From contig CAWBAT010000008.1 of NCBI GenBank assembly GCA_963786955.1, forward strand, positions 448,001 to 512,000: a stretch of DNA of 64,000 nucleotides. Reading direction: 5' to 3'. Position numbers and translations under genes: made by a program. Under the pieces are notes generated by a model. That model did no database searches, had not been told where the DNA came from, and worked only from the letters and a program-made list of their open reading frames with translations. This DNA comes from an uncultured Acidimicrobiia bacterium (GTDB taxonomy: Bacteria; Acidobacteriota; Terriglobia; Versatilivoradales; Versatilivoraceae). Shown here piece after piece: positions 37,462 through 47,601 of the stretch. Position 1 is the stretch's first letter; every line of letters begins with the position of its first letter.

Positions 37462-39051
37462 GTGACAATCTCTTCGCCTGGTCTTTTAAATCCGCCTGTC
37501 TTGCCGGCATACGTTGCCAACGAAGGACATCAGTTTTCGTTTCTAACGGGTCTCGATTTTCCGGAAAAACACAACGTGGCCTGGCGTATTGAGATTGCGC
37601 AAGATGATGCTGCCAATCCACTTCTCGTGCCTAAGTATCCCTGGGATGCCGGATCAATAGCCAGCTACGGAACAGTCGCCATCGATCCCATCGATCGGCT
37701 TTGGAAGATGTGGTACATCAGCCGCTCTCCAAGGCCTTCTCCTTCCTCCGGTCCCGCTACAGGATGGATCCTCACCTACGCTGAATCCGAGGATGGCTCG
37801 CGATGGAATCGTCCTGAGTTGGACATTTCTCTTTACCAGGGGCAGACAAAAACCAACATACTGTTCGATCTCGATTCGGGCGGTTTATCCCAGCAGGCGT
37901 CAGTGCTAATCCATCCAGATGCCCCGCCGGATTGGCGGTATGAAATGTTTCTCTTTCGCTGGCCGAACTATGAAGGGTCTTCTCGGGTTGTGAGCGGGTT
38001 TCCTCTATCTCCAGGTGAAATAAAGCACACGGACGGGATTTATCGTTACCGCTCAGCAGATGGAAAACACTGGCAGGCTTGGGAAAAGATTCCGATGGAG
38101 ACACGCGATAGTCTATGGATTAGTCAGTCTAGGGACGGGTCTTACCGTGCGTTCTCTAAGATATGTATGCCTGCGCCACCAGGGGGTCTAGTTCCTTATG
38201 ATTGTGCGGTGGGAGAGTGTCGCATTATTGTACAACGGACCAGCGCCGATGGGACGGTGTGGTCTCCATACCAGCTTGCGATCACTCCTGATTGGCTAGA
38301 TTCTCCTGACACGCAGTTCATGGAGTTAACCGCGATCCCGGAACGAAACGGTTATGTGGGGCTACTGACCGTTTATCATGCATTGAGCCAGTCCATCGAC
38401 ATTCAATTCGCCGCTTCTCGTGATGGGAAAACGTGGTGGCGTCCGGATCGGCGCGCCTGCGTGCCACTGAAGCCGCTCGGAGAGTATGGCGGGGGAATGA
38501 TCTGGCCTATGCAGCCGGCGGTTCATTACGGCGGTAGAGTCTATCTTTTCTACTCGGGCCAGGATGGATTGCATCACGACTACATGAACACCGAAATCGT
38601 CGAACGGGCCCGTCAGGGGGGACTTCCCGGCTGGCCTCATTATTGGACAGGCTTGCGGATGGGAGATGATTATTACACGCCCATCGCCGGGCTCCAATGG
38701 TCGCATGGCGTCATGTGCCGAGCTTCCTGGCCGGAGGGGAGACTGTGGGCAGCGGTAACTGCGAGCGGGGGACCTCTGGAGGGGCAACTGGGGACGAAGG
38801 TGCAGACGCTGGGCGGGAAGCAACTGCAGGTAAATGCAGTAACGGTCGGAGATGGGACTCTCGAAGCGGAACTGCTGAAGGATGATCAACCGATTCCAGG
38901 GTTCACACGAGCGGACTGCGTGCCGTTTCAAGGCGATGAGAAGTCGGCGATGATGCGGTGGCGGGGAGGGGAGCGATGTCCTGTGGAACAGGTGCGCACC
39001 CGCTTCTATCTGAAGCGCGCACGGTTCTATGGCTTTGATTGGGTCTCTTGA
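37462..39051 (+). CDS. Asp-box beta-propeller protein, paralog C
   Basis: Colinear with copies A/B (HNVAWR, NPLLVPKYPWD, SRDGKTWWRPDRR); GTG start after GGAGAGG. Confidence 0.7.
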   Translation: MTISSPGLLNPPVLPAYVANEGHQFSFLTGLDFPEKHNVAWRIEIAQDDAANPLLVPKYPWDAGSIASYGTVAIDPIDRLWKMWYISRSPRPSPSSGPATGWILTYAESEDGSRWNRPELDISLYQGQTKTNILFDLDSGGLSQQASVLIHPDAPPDWRYEMFLFRWPNYEGSSRVVSGFPLSPGEIKHTDGIYRYRSADGKHWQAWEKIPMETRDSLWISQSRDGSYRAFSKICMPAPPGGLVPYDCAVGECRIIVQRTSADGTVWSPYQLAITPDWLDSPDTQFMELTAIPERNGYVGLLTVYHALSQSIDIQFAASRDGKTWWRPDRRACVPLKPLGEYGGGMIWPMQPAVHYGGRVYLFYSGQDGLHHDYMNTEIVERARQGGLPGWPHYWTGLRMGDDYYTPIAGLQWSHGVMCRASWPEGRLWAAVTASGGPLEGQLGTKVQTLGGKQLQVNAVTVGDGTLEAELLKDDQPIPGFTRADCVPFQGDEKSAMMRWRGGERCPVEQVRTRFYLKRARFYGFDWVS

Positions 39052-39101
39052 GATCAACGGGCGCTCGATGATTCTTATTCTGCTCGGGAAAGGTTAACAC
39101 T

Positions 39102-40724
39102 ATGGTAAAGCAGAAGAAGACCTTGAAACTTCGGCAAAAATCGGGTGTGGTCGGCAATCAATCGCCACCGGGGGTCTTGCCGCCGTACATCGACAAGAAG
39201 CCAGGGGTCTCGTTTCTCACTGGCCTTGAGTTTCCAGAGAAGCACAACGTTGCGTGGAGGATTGAGCTTGCGCAAGAGGACTCTGCCAATCCTCTCCTCG
39301 AGCCGAAGTATCCGTGGGATGCCGCTTCGATATTTAGCCACGGGTCGGTGATGATTGATCCCATCGACGGCCTATGGAAGATGTGGTACATCACAACGCC
39401 CAAAAAATCACCACTTCCGATTAGTCCGGCGGCGGGGCGGGTTCTGAACTATGCTGAATCGGAAGACGGAGTCCATTGGAATCGCCCGGAATTGGATATT
39501 TCGCTTTATCAAGGAAGGACGAAAACGAACGTTCTGCTGGACTTAGATTCCGGTGGAGTGTCCCAACACGCTTCCATTCTCGTTCATCCGGACGCGCCTC
39601 CGGATTGGCGCTATGAAATGTTCGTTTTGCGCTACCCAGGCCATGAGGGTTCTTCGCCAATTGTGAAAGGGTTTCCTCTTGATCCCGGTGAAACCAAGCA
39701 CAGCGAGGGGATGTATCGGTACCACTCCAAGGATGGGAAGCACTGGTCGGCGTGGGAGAAGTTGGTCATCGATACGCGAGACAGCCTCTGGATCAGCCAA
39801 TTGCCCGACGGGACGTATCAGACCTATCATAAGACTTGTATGCCCGCGCTGCCGGGCGGTTTGATTCCTTACGACTGCGCAGTGGGGGAGTGCCGCATTA
39901 TGGTACGGCGGACGAGCGCGACAGGGACCGAGTGGTCGCCTTACCAGCTGTCGATCACGCCCGACTGGCTCGATTCACCCGACACGCAATTCATGGAGTT
40001 GATCGCGGATCCAGAGCGTGACGGTTATGTTGGGCTGCTGACCGTCTATCATGCCCTGAGCCAAACGATTGACGTCCAATTTGCAGCCTCCCGAGATGGC
40101 AAGACATGGTGGCGGCCCGACCGGCGGGCGTGTATACCCCTAAAGCCGCTGGGGGAATATGGCGGCGGGATGATCTGGCCCATGCAACCGGCAATTCATC
40201 ATGGCGGGAGGGTCTACTTGTATTACTCGGCCTGTGACGGATTGCATAACGATCATCTGAACACGGAAATCGTGGAGCGAGCGCGGCAAGGGGGACTCCC
40301 AGGCTGGCCGCACTATTGGACGGGCATCCATATGGGAGAGGATGCACACACACCGATCGCCGGATACACTTGGTTCCACGGTGTCATGTGCCGAGCCTCC
40401 TGGTCCGAGGGAAGACTGTGGGCGGCGGTAACAGCGAGCGGAGGACCACTCGAAGGACAGTTGGCGACGAAGGTACAGAGGGTGGGCGGGAAACGGCTAG
40501 AGGTAAATGCAGTGACATTGGGAGATGGGACGCTCGAAGTGGAACTCTTGAAGGATGACCAACCCATTCCAGGGTTCACGCGAGCAGACTGTACACCGTT
40601 CCGAGGAGATGAGAAGTCGGCACAGATCAGATGGCGGGGCGGGGAGCGCTGTCCGGCGGAGCAAGTACGCACCCGGTTCTATCTGAAGCGCGCCCGATTT
40701 TACGGTTTTGAGTGGATCTCATGA
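39102..40724 (+). CDS. Asp-box beta-propeller protein, paralog D
   Basis: Highly similar to paralog C and to copies A/B. Confidence 0.7.
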   Translation: MVKQKKTLKLRQKSGVVGNQSPPGVLPPYIDKKPGVSFLTGLEFPEKHNVAWRIELAQEDSANPLLEPKYPWDAASIFSHGSVMIDPIDGLWKMWYITTPKKSPLPISPAAGRVLNYAESEDGVHWNRPELDISLYQGRTKTNVLLDLDSGGVSQHASILVHPDAPPDWRYEMFVLRYPGHEGSSPIVKGFPLDPGETKHSEGMYRYHSKDGKHWSAWEKLVIDTRDSLWISQLPDGTYQTYHKTCMPALPGGLIPYDCAVGECRIMVRRTSATGTEWSPYQLSITPDWLDSPDTQFMELIADPERDGYVGLLTVYHALSQTIDVQFAASRDGKTWWRPDRRACIPLKPLGEYGGGMIWPMQPAIHHGGRVYLYYSACDGLHNDHLNTEIVERARQGGLPGWPHYWTGIHMGEDAHTPIAGYTWFHGVMCRASWSEGRLWAAVTASGGPLEGQLATKVQRVGGKRLEVNAVTLGDGTLEVELLKDDQPIPGFTRADCTPFRGDEKSAQIRWRGGERCPAEQVRTRFYLKRARFYGFEWIS

Positions 40725-40758
40725 AGCGGATAGCAAGCTAATAAGGGCTCACCATATC

Positions 40759-42828
40759 ATGGCAAAAAGAAGTTCAGGAGTTCGACCCCATGTAAGATGC
40801 GGGATTGATACCGGTGGCACCTTTACGGACCTGGTCGGTTTGGACGAGACGACTGGAGATCTCATCATCGCCAAATTTCCGTCCTCTCGGAATGTCCCGG
40901 TCCGCTCCATTGTGGGTGTCATCAAGGAATCGGGAATCGAGACCCGAAACATATCGTCGCTCGTCCTTGGGACCACGCTTGGCCTCAATGCGCTTCTCCA
41001 GCGGAATGGCGCCACGTTGATATACGTAACAACGAAGGGTTTTGAGGATGTGCTTTTCATCCAGAGGATGAACAGGCGCTACCACTATTCCTACGAATGG
41101 GTCAAGCCGACGCCATTAGTTGAGAGGCGCAACTGCCTTGGCGTTGAAGAGCGAACCGACGCGCGAGGAAAGGTCCTGGTGCCTCTTGGCGCTAAGGAAA
41201 TGAAAAGACTCGCCGGAATGATTGCCGAGCGCCTGAGGCAATATCGCGGTCAAGAAGTGGCGATCGCCATCTGTCTGCTCTTCTCGTACCTAAACCCACA
41301 GCATGAGATCTCTCTGAAAAAGTATTTGGAATCCAGATTCCCTGATGTTCCCCTTTCAGTCTCTCACGAAGTCGCCCCTATTTGGCGGGAGTACGAGCGT
41401 GGTTCAACGACGGTGGCGGATGCCTACGTCAAGCCGATTCTTCGCCGTTACGTCACGAGCGTACGCGAAAGCCTCAGGAGTCTCGGGCCTCAACGGCCCT
41501 GGACGGTCATGAAATCCAACGGTGGGCAGGCAACTGCGAAAGCTGTTGAGGGCCAGCCCGTTAACATCCTATTGTCCGGACTGAGCGGGGGCATCATCGG
41601 CGCAAAGTATTTTGCCAATCTTGTCGGGGAAGCAAATCTAATCACACTCGACATGGGCGGGACCAGTTGCGACGTGGGCTTGGTTCAGAATGGTGCTCTT
41701 TCTTACGTCACGAACTATGAAGTGGAATGGGGCGTGCCGATCAGCGCTCCGTTCGTTGATGTGATCTCCATCGGGGCCGGCGGCGGAAGCATCGCCTGGG
41801 TTGATAAAGGGGGATTCCTGCGCGTGGGACCGCAAAGTGCAGGGGCTGAGCCCGGGCCAGCGTGCTACGACCAGGGTGGTATGGAAGCAACCGTTACCGA
41901 TGCAAACCTCGTACTGGGCAGGTTGAACCCGGAATACTTTCTGGGCGGGAAGATGAAGTTGAACAGCACCAAAGCCAAAAGCGCCGTCACTCAGCTTGGG
42001 CGGAGGCTAGGCATGGACTGCGCGGAAACGGGCCAGGCGATCCTCGATGTTGCCGACGAAAACATGGCCAACGCGATTCGCCTGATGTCAGTGGAACGGG
42101 GTCTCGACCCACGTGATTTTGCGTTGGTGTCGTTCGGCGGGGCAGGACCGCTTCACACGGAGGGGATTGCCGAGAAGATTGGAATGGGCCGGATCATCGT
42201 TCCTCTCTACCCGGGCCTCTGCTCCGCGTTTGGTGCTCTAATTGCCGATTTTAAAGTCGACAAGATTTTGAGCCAGCACTTCAGGTCAACAGAAATAAAG
42301 GCTGAGACCGTCGAAAGGTTTTTCAAGAAAATGCTGACCGCGGCTCTGACGGAACTACGCCAGGACGGATTCAAAGGCAGGCCTATCGTGCAGCGGTCCA
42401 TCAGCATGCGTTACGCCGGGCAAAACTATGAGCATGATGTCAGAGTAAAGAGCGGACCCATCACTCCGTGGACACTCCAAACCATTTTTGAGGCTTTCCA
42501 CAAACTGCATGAACAATTCTACGGATACTCCATCAGCCGGGAGGTTATCGAACTTATCCGGTTCAATGTGAGTGTGATTGGGCCGTCGAAAATGCCCACA
42601 CTGAAGAAGATTCCGAGCGGCAGGATCCCACCGCCCACTCAGACACGCGCGGTCTATTTTAGAGGCAAAGGCTTTATCCCGTGTCCGGTTTATAGCCGGG
42701 CGCTTCTCCTCAGTAAGTGTGAGCTGAAAGGGCCTGCGGTTGTTGAGGAACCGGACTCGACAATTCTACTCCATCCCGGTAACAGGCTTCGTGTGGACAG
42801 CCAGGGGGTCATCACGGTCACGCTATGA
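40759..42828 (+). CDS. Hydantoinase/oxoprolinase A subunit (ATP-dependent amidohydrolase)
   Basis: GIDTGGTFTD, EYERGSTT, DMGGTSCD, GAGGGS, GPQSAGAEPGPACY, FGGAGPLH. Confidence 0.92.
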   Translation: MAKRSSGVRPHVRCGIDTGGTFTDLVGLDETTGDLIIAKFPSSRNVPVRSIVGVIKESGIETRNISSLVLGTTLGLNALLQRNGATLIYVTTKGFEDVLFIQRMNRRYHYSYEWVKPTPLVERRNCLGVEERTDARGKVLVPLGAKEMKRLAGMIAERLRQYRGQEVAIAICLLFSYLNPQHEISLKKYLESRFPDVPLSVSHEVAPIWREYERGSTTVADAYVKPILRRYVTSVRESLRSLGPQRPWTVMKSNGGQATAKAVEGQPVNILLSGLSGGIIGAKYFANLVGEANLITLDMGGTSCDVGLVQNGALSYVTNYEVEWGVPISAPFVDVISIGAGGGSIAWVDKGGFLRVGPQSAGAEPGPACYDQGGMEATVTDANLVLGRLNPEYFLGGKMKLNSTKAKSAVTQLGRRLGMDCAETGQAILDVADENMANAIRLMSVERGLDPRDFALVSFGGAGPLHTEGIAEKIGMGRIIVPLYPGLCSAFGALIADFKVDKILSQHFRSTEIKAETVERFFKKMLTAALTELRQDGFKGRPIVQRSISMRYAGQNYEHDVRVKSGPITPWTLQTIFEAFHKLHEQFYGYSISREVIELIRFNVSVIGPSKMPTLKKIPSGRIPPPTQTRAVYFRGKGFIPCPVYSRALLLSKCELKGPAVVEEPDSTILLHPGNRLRVDSQGVITVTL

Positions 42829-44543
42829 GAAAGAAAACTAAGGCTACGCACATGGACATGGTCACGCTGACCGTCATCAACAATGCTTTGGTGAATATTT
42901 GCCGCGAAATGGGGACGGCGATGATGCGGACTAGCTACTCCCCCATTTTTAACGAAGCTTTGGACTTCTCTTGCGTCATCTTCAACCCCCGCGGCGAGAT
43001 GATCGGCCAAGCCGAGTTTTGTCCCACAATGCTCGGCTCAGCCCAGTATGCCGTGAAGTGGACGATTGAAGAACTGGGCCTCGATTCTTTCCAGCGGGGC
43101 GATGTGGTCATTCACAACGATCCCTATCGCGGTCAATGTCATATGCCGGAGCACATGGTGCTGAAGCCCGTGTTCTTTGACAATCAACTGCGGTTTTTCG
43201 TTGCCAACATTGCCCACGTCGGTGAAATCGGCGGAATGGCTCCGGGTTCATTCGCGGCTGACGCCACGGAAGTTTATCAGGAAGGACTGCGACTTCCACC
43301 CATCAAGATCATGAAACGCGGTGAATATGTTCAGGACGTGTGGAAGATCATCCTCAGCAATCACCGGACACCGAAATCGAGTTGGGGCGACCTGCATGCG
43401 ATGATTGGCTCGCTCAGTATCGCCGAAAACCGGTTGATAAAGCTTTTGGAGCGATATGGAACAAAGTTCCTGGCAGCCGCGTCCGACCGGCTGCTTGACT
43501 ACTCCGAGCGTTGGATGCGAGCCGAAATCCGTGAAATTCCAAACGGCGTCTATCGAGCCAGCGACTGTTTAGAAGACGACGGCATCACGAACCAGCCGGT
43601 TTGGATGCGCCTGAAGCTCATCGTGAGAGATGACGAGATCATTGCCGATTGGACGGATTCCGATCCTCAAGCGCGAGGTCCCATCAATGCAACCTATGTT
43701 GTGACGGCGGCTGCGACCTACAGTGGCGTGCTGCATGTGACCAACAAGGAAATTCCTCGCAACTCCGGATGCTACCGTCCGATCCGCGTCTTGACCAAGC
43801 CCGGGACGTTGGTCAACGTCCGCCATCCCGGTCCCTCCGTGGGAGGGAACACAGAGACTCACCCTCATATCCAGAATGTTGTGGTTTCGGCGCTCAGCCA
43901 AGCCATCCCGGAACGCACTGCGGCTGCCGAAGGCGCTAGCGCTTGCAACTTTCTTTTTGGCGGGATTCATCCTGAAACGGGCGAGTACTACACGAACTAC
44001 CACTTTGAAGGATGTGGTTGGGGAGCGACGGTCACGCACGATGGAAACTCCGTAATGTGTCCAGTCAACGGCAACTGCCGCAATACCCCCGTGGAGGTAT
44101 TTGAAACCAAATATCCGTTTCTCACTCTCGAGTACTCCATGCGGAAAGATTCCGGCGGCGCAGGAATGCACCGTGGAGGTTTGGGGAGTAAGCGAAGGTT
44201 GCGGGTGATGGCTCCAGAAATTACCGTTAGTGCTCTGCTCGACAGGACGAGAACTCACGCGTGGGGATTGTTCAGCGGTGGCGACGGCGCGAGCGCTAAA
44301 TTGCTAGTTAAGAAGAGAGGTGACAGGCAGTTTCGAACCTTCTCAGAGGCTTTCGGAACCATCTCCGACACCAAGTTTACGCGTATTCTGTTGAAAGAGG
44401 GGGATGAAGTCATCATCGAGTCACCGGGCGGCGGCGGCTATGGTGATTCAGCGAAACGTCCAACCAAAAACATTAAAGAGGACATCCAGCAACGCTATAC
44501 CTCAGAAAAGGCTGCGCGAAAGCACTATGCATACAAAGGTTAA
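42825..44543 (+). CDS. Hydantoinase/oxoprolinase B subunit
   Basis: SPIFNEALDFSC, HNDPYRGQCHMPE, EVYQEGLRLPP, NTPVEVFE, DSGGAGMHRGG, PGGGGYG. Confidence 0.92.
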   Translation: MRKKTKATHMDMVTLTVINNALVNICREMGTAMMRTSYSPIFNEALDFSCVIFNPRGEMIGQAEFCPTMLGSAQYAVKWTIEELGLDSFQRGDVVIHNDPYRGQCHMPEHMVLKPVFFDNQLRFFVANIAHVGEIGGMAPGSFAADATEVYQEGLRLPPIKIMKRGEYVQDVWKIILSNHRTPKSSWGDLHAMIGSLSIAENRLIKLLERYGTKFLAAASDRLLDYSERWMRAEIREIPNGVYRASDCLEDDGITNQPVWMRLKLIVRDDEIIADWTDSDPQARGPINATYVVTAAATYSGVLHVTNKEIPRNSGCYRPIRVLTKPGTLVNVRHPGPSVGGNTETHPHIQNVVVSALSQAIPERTAAAEGASACNFLFGGIHPETGEYYTNYHFEGCGWGATVTHDGNSVMCPVNGNCRNTPVEVFETKYPFLTLEYSMRKDSGGAGMHRGGLGSKRRLRVMAPEITVSALLDRTRTHAWGLFSGGDGASAKLLVKKRGDRQFRTFSEAFGTISDTKFTRILLKEGDEVIIESPGGGGYGDSAKRPTKNIKEDIQQRYTSEKAARKHYAYKG

Positions 44544-44751
44544 GTCCATCGGGCCGCTGCAGGGACATTGGGAAGAGAACAAGACCAACTGGCACGAACA
44601 GAAGATGGTCTATTGCGAAGCTTGCGGCGTGCTCATTCCGAAGAGACTATGGGTCGTCGAGGTGAACGGCAAGAGGCACGATTTCTGCGGCAGAGATTGC
44701 GCGAGGCTTTACCGAGAGTTATCACGGCCGGGCATCAAGCACAGCAAATAG
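44527..44751 (+). CDS. Small Cys4 metal-binding protein (TRASH/YHS-like)
   Basis: CEACG...FCGRDC; 74 aa; overlaps the stop of the B subunit. Confidence 0.55.
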   Translation: MHTKVKSIGPLQGHWEENKTNWHEQKMVYCEACGVLIPKRLWVVEVNGKRHDFCGRDCARLYRELSRPGIKHSK

Positions 44752-44764
44752 GAAACGACGAATC

Positions 44765-47443
44765 TTGTTTGTGGGATCCGGTGAGGATATCAAAGTGGAC
44801 GCGACCACTCGAAAGAAGATTGCGATTGAATGGAAGGGCGGGAAGCCCAGGGGACGCATCCGCGTCACCGACGGGAATCTCGTCAGTGCCCAGGTGTCTC
44901 AAGGGCAGGGGTCTATCGAGGGCAGAAATCAATTCGCGAGCTTCGAGGACTCCCCATTTCGGATCGAGGCGACCATCGAGGGGATCTTACGCCAGTATGG
45001 TCCCGGTTCGACCATCGTCACGATATCGGCCGAGACTCAAGGCTTCAGCTTCTTCCTGCGGGATGTCAATTCCGAATCGCCCATCTTGATTCCAGATTAC
45101 GGCGTTCTAGTCACGACTGGAGATGACAAGAGATCGTTTTTGGAAGTTTGGAGTGCAGTGAACGCCCGTGGATTACGAACCCGACTACAGCAGATGGAGG
45201 CTGAACCTGAAGAGTCTTTTGAAGCAGCTCAAGAGAAAGTTCGGCGGATGCGCTGCCCAACCTGGCTAGGCCTGAGCCGGGATATGCGGATTTTTGCGAT
45301 GAGTGAGAGGCTGGAGTGGGTTCAGCCACAGTTCCATGGGTTTGAGGTTCCTTTGCCGGAAAACCATGATAAGCCGTGCCGCTATGACTTTCAGATGGGA
45401 CGCGGTTGGGGAGTTGTCGATGAGATTGAGCGCTCTCTGGAAGACGGCGTTCTGCCAATTCTGCAGGGGACTTTGGTGGACGATGATATCCGATACGACT
45501 TGACTGCCTTCGTTTCGATGGAGAAGGGGACGCAGCCCTTGCGTGGCACACATTTCCTGGTCGCTGATGGACATAGCAGAGGCCATATGTTCACTGAGGA
45601 ACAGGGCCGCCAGTTTGAGTCGCTCCTCTCGGAAGAGATGAATCGGGATGAAGAGACCGTCTTCTTCATGCGCATCATAGCCACCAACACGGCTCCCTCC
45701 CTTCGTTACGCTTTCTTCAGAAATGTCGCTCCAACAACCATGGTCACGGTGCCGGTCATGGGCATTATTGAAGCTCCATCGCCCGAGTGGAATTTTGATG
45801 GAAATAAAGGATTCGGAGTCTATGAGAGTGGCAGGGTGTTCTCTATTTCGAAACTCAATGGAAACCCCCTAGCGCATGAAGAAGTCACAATCCTGTTGAA
45901 GCCAGGCGAAATGGCTAGTTTCGAGGTCTTTCTCCCACATCGTCCCATCTCCCACGATCGTGCCGTTACGCTGGCCGGCAGCAACTTTGTCAATCGCCAT
46001 CAGGAATGCCGAGCATTTTGGACGGGAAAGCTAAACTCAGCCGCGAAACTTGACCTGCCCGAACGGCGTATGAAAGAGATGATCCAGGCAGGGTTATTGC
46101 ATTTGGATCTGGTGACTTACGGCCACGAACCGGATGGGACTCTTGCGGCCACTATTGGCGTTTACCCTCCAATTGGTTCTGAAAGTGCTCCGATCATCCA
46201 ATTCATGGACTCTATGGGATGGCATGATACAGCTCGCAGGGCTTTGATGTACTTTCTCGATAAGCAGCATGACGACGGACTCATACAAAACTTTGGCGGT
46301 TTTATGCTAGAGACCGGGGCTGCGTTATGGAGCATTGGCGAACACTATCGCTACACCCATGATGACCGGTGGGTGAAGGAGATTGCTTCCAAGCTGACTC
46401 GGTCATGTGAGTTTATCCTTAGATGGCGCCAAAGGAACCAGCGTGAGGACTTACTAGGGAAGGGCTTCGGCATGATGGAGGGGAAAGTCGCGGACCCAGA
46501 GGATCCCTTTCGCGCGTTCATGCTGAATGGGTATGCCTACCTGGGCTTAAGTCGGATGGCTGAAGTATTGGCGCAAACGGATCCTGATGCTGCGCTTAAA
46601 TGGAGGACCGAGGCGGAGGGACTTAAAAAGGACATTCGAAGGGCTTTTTTCGAATCCATGGAGGATTCTCCCGTAGTTCCTCTGGGCGATGGTACCTGGT
46701 GTCCTACAGCTCCACCTTGGGTCGAGTACCGTGGACCCTTGATGCTTTATGCTGAGGGCGGCCGATGGTTCACCCACGGGGCGATGGTGACTCGTGATTC
46801 AATGCTTGGCCCCCTGTATCTGGCATTCCAGGAGGTTCTCGAACCCACGGAGATAGCTGCGAGCTTCTTGCTGAACTTTCAATGTGAATTCATGATCAAG
46901 CGCAACGTGGCTTTCAGCCAACCGTATTACAGCCGGCATCCCGTGATTCATCTCAGGCGTGGCGAGGTAAAGTCCTTCTTAAAGGCATACTACAATACGC
47001 TGGCAAGTTTGGCTGACCGGGAGACCTACACCTTTTGGGAACATTACTTCGGAGCGAGCCCGCACAAAACGCATGAGGAATCTTGGTTCCTCATGGAAAC
47101 TCGATGGATGCTCTACATGGAACGAGGGAAGACTCTCGAGTTGCTCCAGGGAATTCCTCGATCTTATCTCGAGAATGGAAAGCGCATTGAGCTTGAGCGA
47201 GTTATTAGCTACTTTGGTCCAATCTCTTTGCGTGTGGAATCAAAACCGGACCGCATTGAGGCGATCGTGGAGTGTGCGTCGGATCGGCGACCACAACGGG
47301 TAAAGCTGCGGTTACCTCATCCCGAAGGACATATACCGGCATCAGTGGAAGGTGGTACCTACGATCAGAACACAGAAAATGTTTTGATTGAACCGTTCAA
47401 TGGCTGGATCAAGGTTGTCTTAACATTTAAAAGGTCAAACTGA
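44765..47443 (+). CDS. Hypothetical (alpha/alpha)6 glycosidase-like protein
   Basis: ETGAALWSIGEHYRYTHD, GKVADPED, TFWEH, LLQGIPRSYL, SYFGP, LRLPHP. Confidence 0.6.
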   Translation: MFVGSGEDIKVDATTRKKIAIEWKGGKPRGRIRVTDGNLVSAQVSQGQGSIEGRNQFASFEDSPFRIEATIEGILRQYGPGSTIVTISAETQGFSFFLRDVNSESPILIPDYGVLVTTGDDKRSFLEVWSAVNARGLRTRLQQMEAEPEESFEAAQEKVRRMRCPTWLGLSRDMRIFAMSERLEWVQPQFHGFEVPLPENHDKPCRYDFQMGRGWGVVDEIERSLEDGVLPILQGTLVDDDIRYDLTAFVSMEKGTQPLRGTHFLVADGHSRGHMFTEEQGRQFESLLSEEMNRDEETVFFMRIIATNTAPSLRYAFFRNVAPTTMVTVPVMGIIEAPSPEWNFDGNKGFGVYESGRVFSISKLNGNPLAHEEVTILLKPGEMASFEVFLPHRPISHDRAVTLAGSNFVNRHQECRAFWTGKLNSAAKLDLPERRMKEMIQAGLLHLDLVTYGHEPDGTLAATIGVYPPIGSESAPIIQFMDSMGWHDTARRALMYFLDKQHDDGLIQNFGGFMLETGAALWSIGEHYRYTHDDRWVKEIASKLTRSCEFILRWRQRNQREDLLGKGFGMMEGKVADPEDPFRAFMLNGYAYLGLSRMAEVLAQTDPDAALKWRTEAEGLKKDIRRAFFESMEDSPVVPLGDGTWCPTAPPWVEYRGPLMLYAEGGRWFTHGAMVTRDSMLGPLYLAFQEVLEPTEIAASFLLNFQCEFMIKRNVAFSQPYYSRHPVIHLRRGEVKSFLKAYYNTLASLADRETYTFWEHYFGASPHKTHEESWFLMETRWMLYMERGKTLELLQGIPRSYLENGKRIELERVISYFGPISLRVESKPDRIEAIVECASDRRPQRVKLRLPHPEGHIPASVEGGTYDQNTENVLIEPFNGWIKVVLTFKRSN

Positions 47444-47477
47444 ACGGGGAGACTGTGACTGGTACTGAATTCGAATA

Positions 47478-47552
47478 TGGGAGCCGGTGTCCTCACCGGC
47501 GACCTTGGCTTCTGGAGATATCTATGTCGCCTGCCGGAGACAGGCTCCCACA
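47478..47552. repeat. REP-like doublet
   Basis: TGGGAGCCGGTGTCCTCACCGGCGAC ... GTCGCCTGCCGGAGACAGGCTCCCACA inverted pair. Confidence 0.6.
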
Positions 47553-47601
47553 TTCTCAATAATAGTAACTACGACCAAATCTATCGGGAGAAAGGAATAT
47601 C

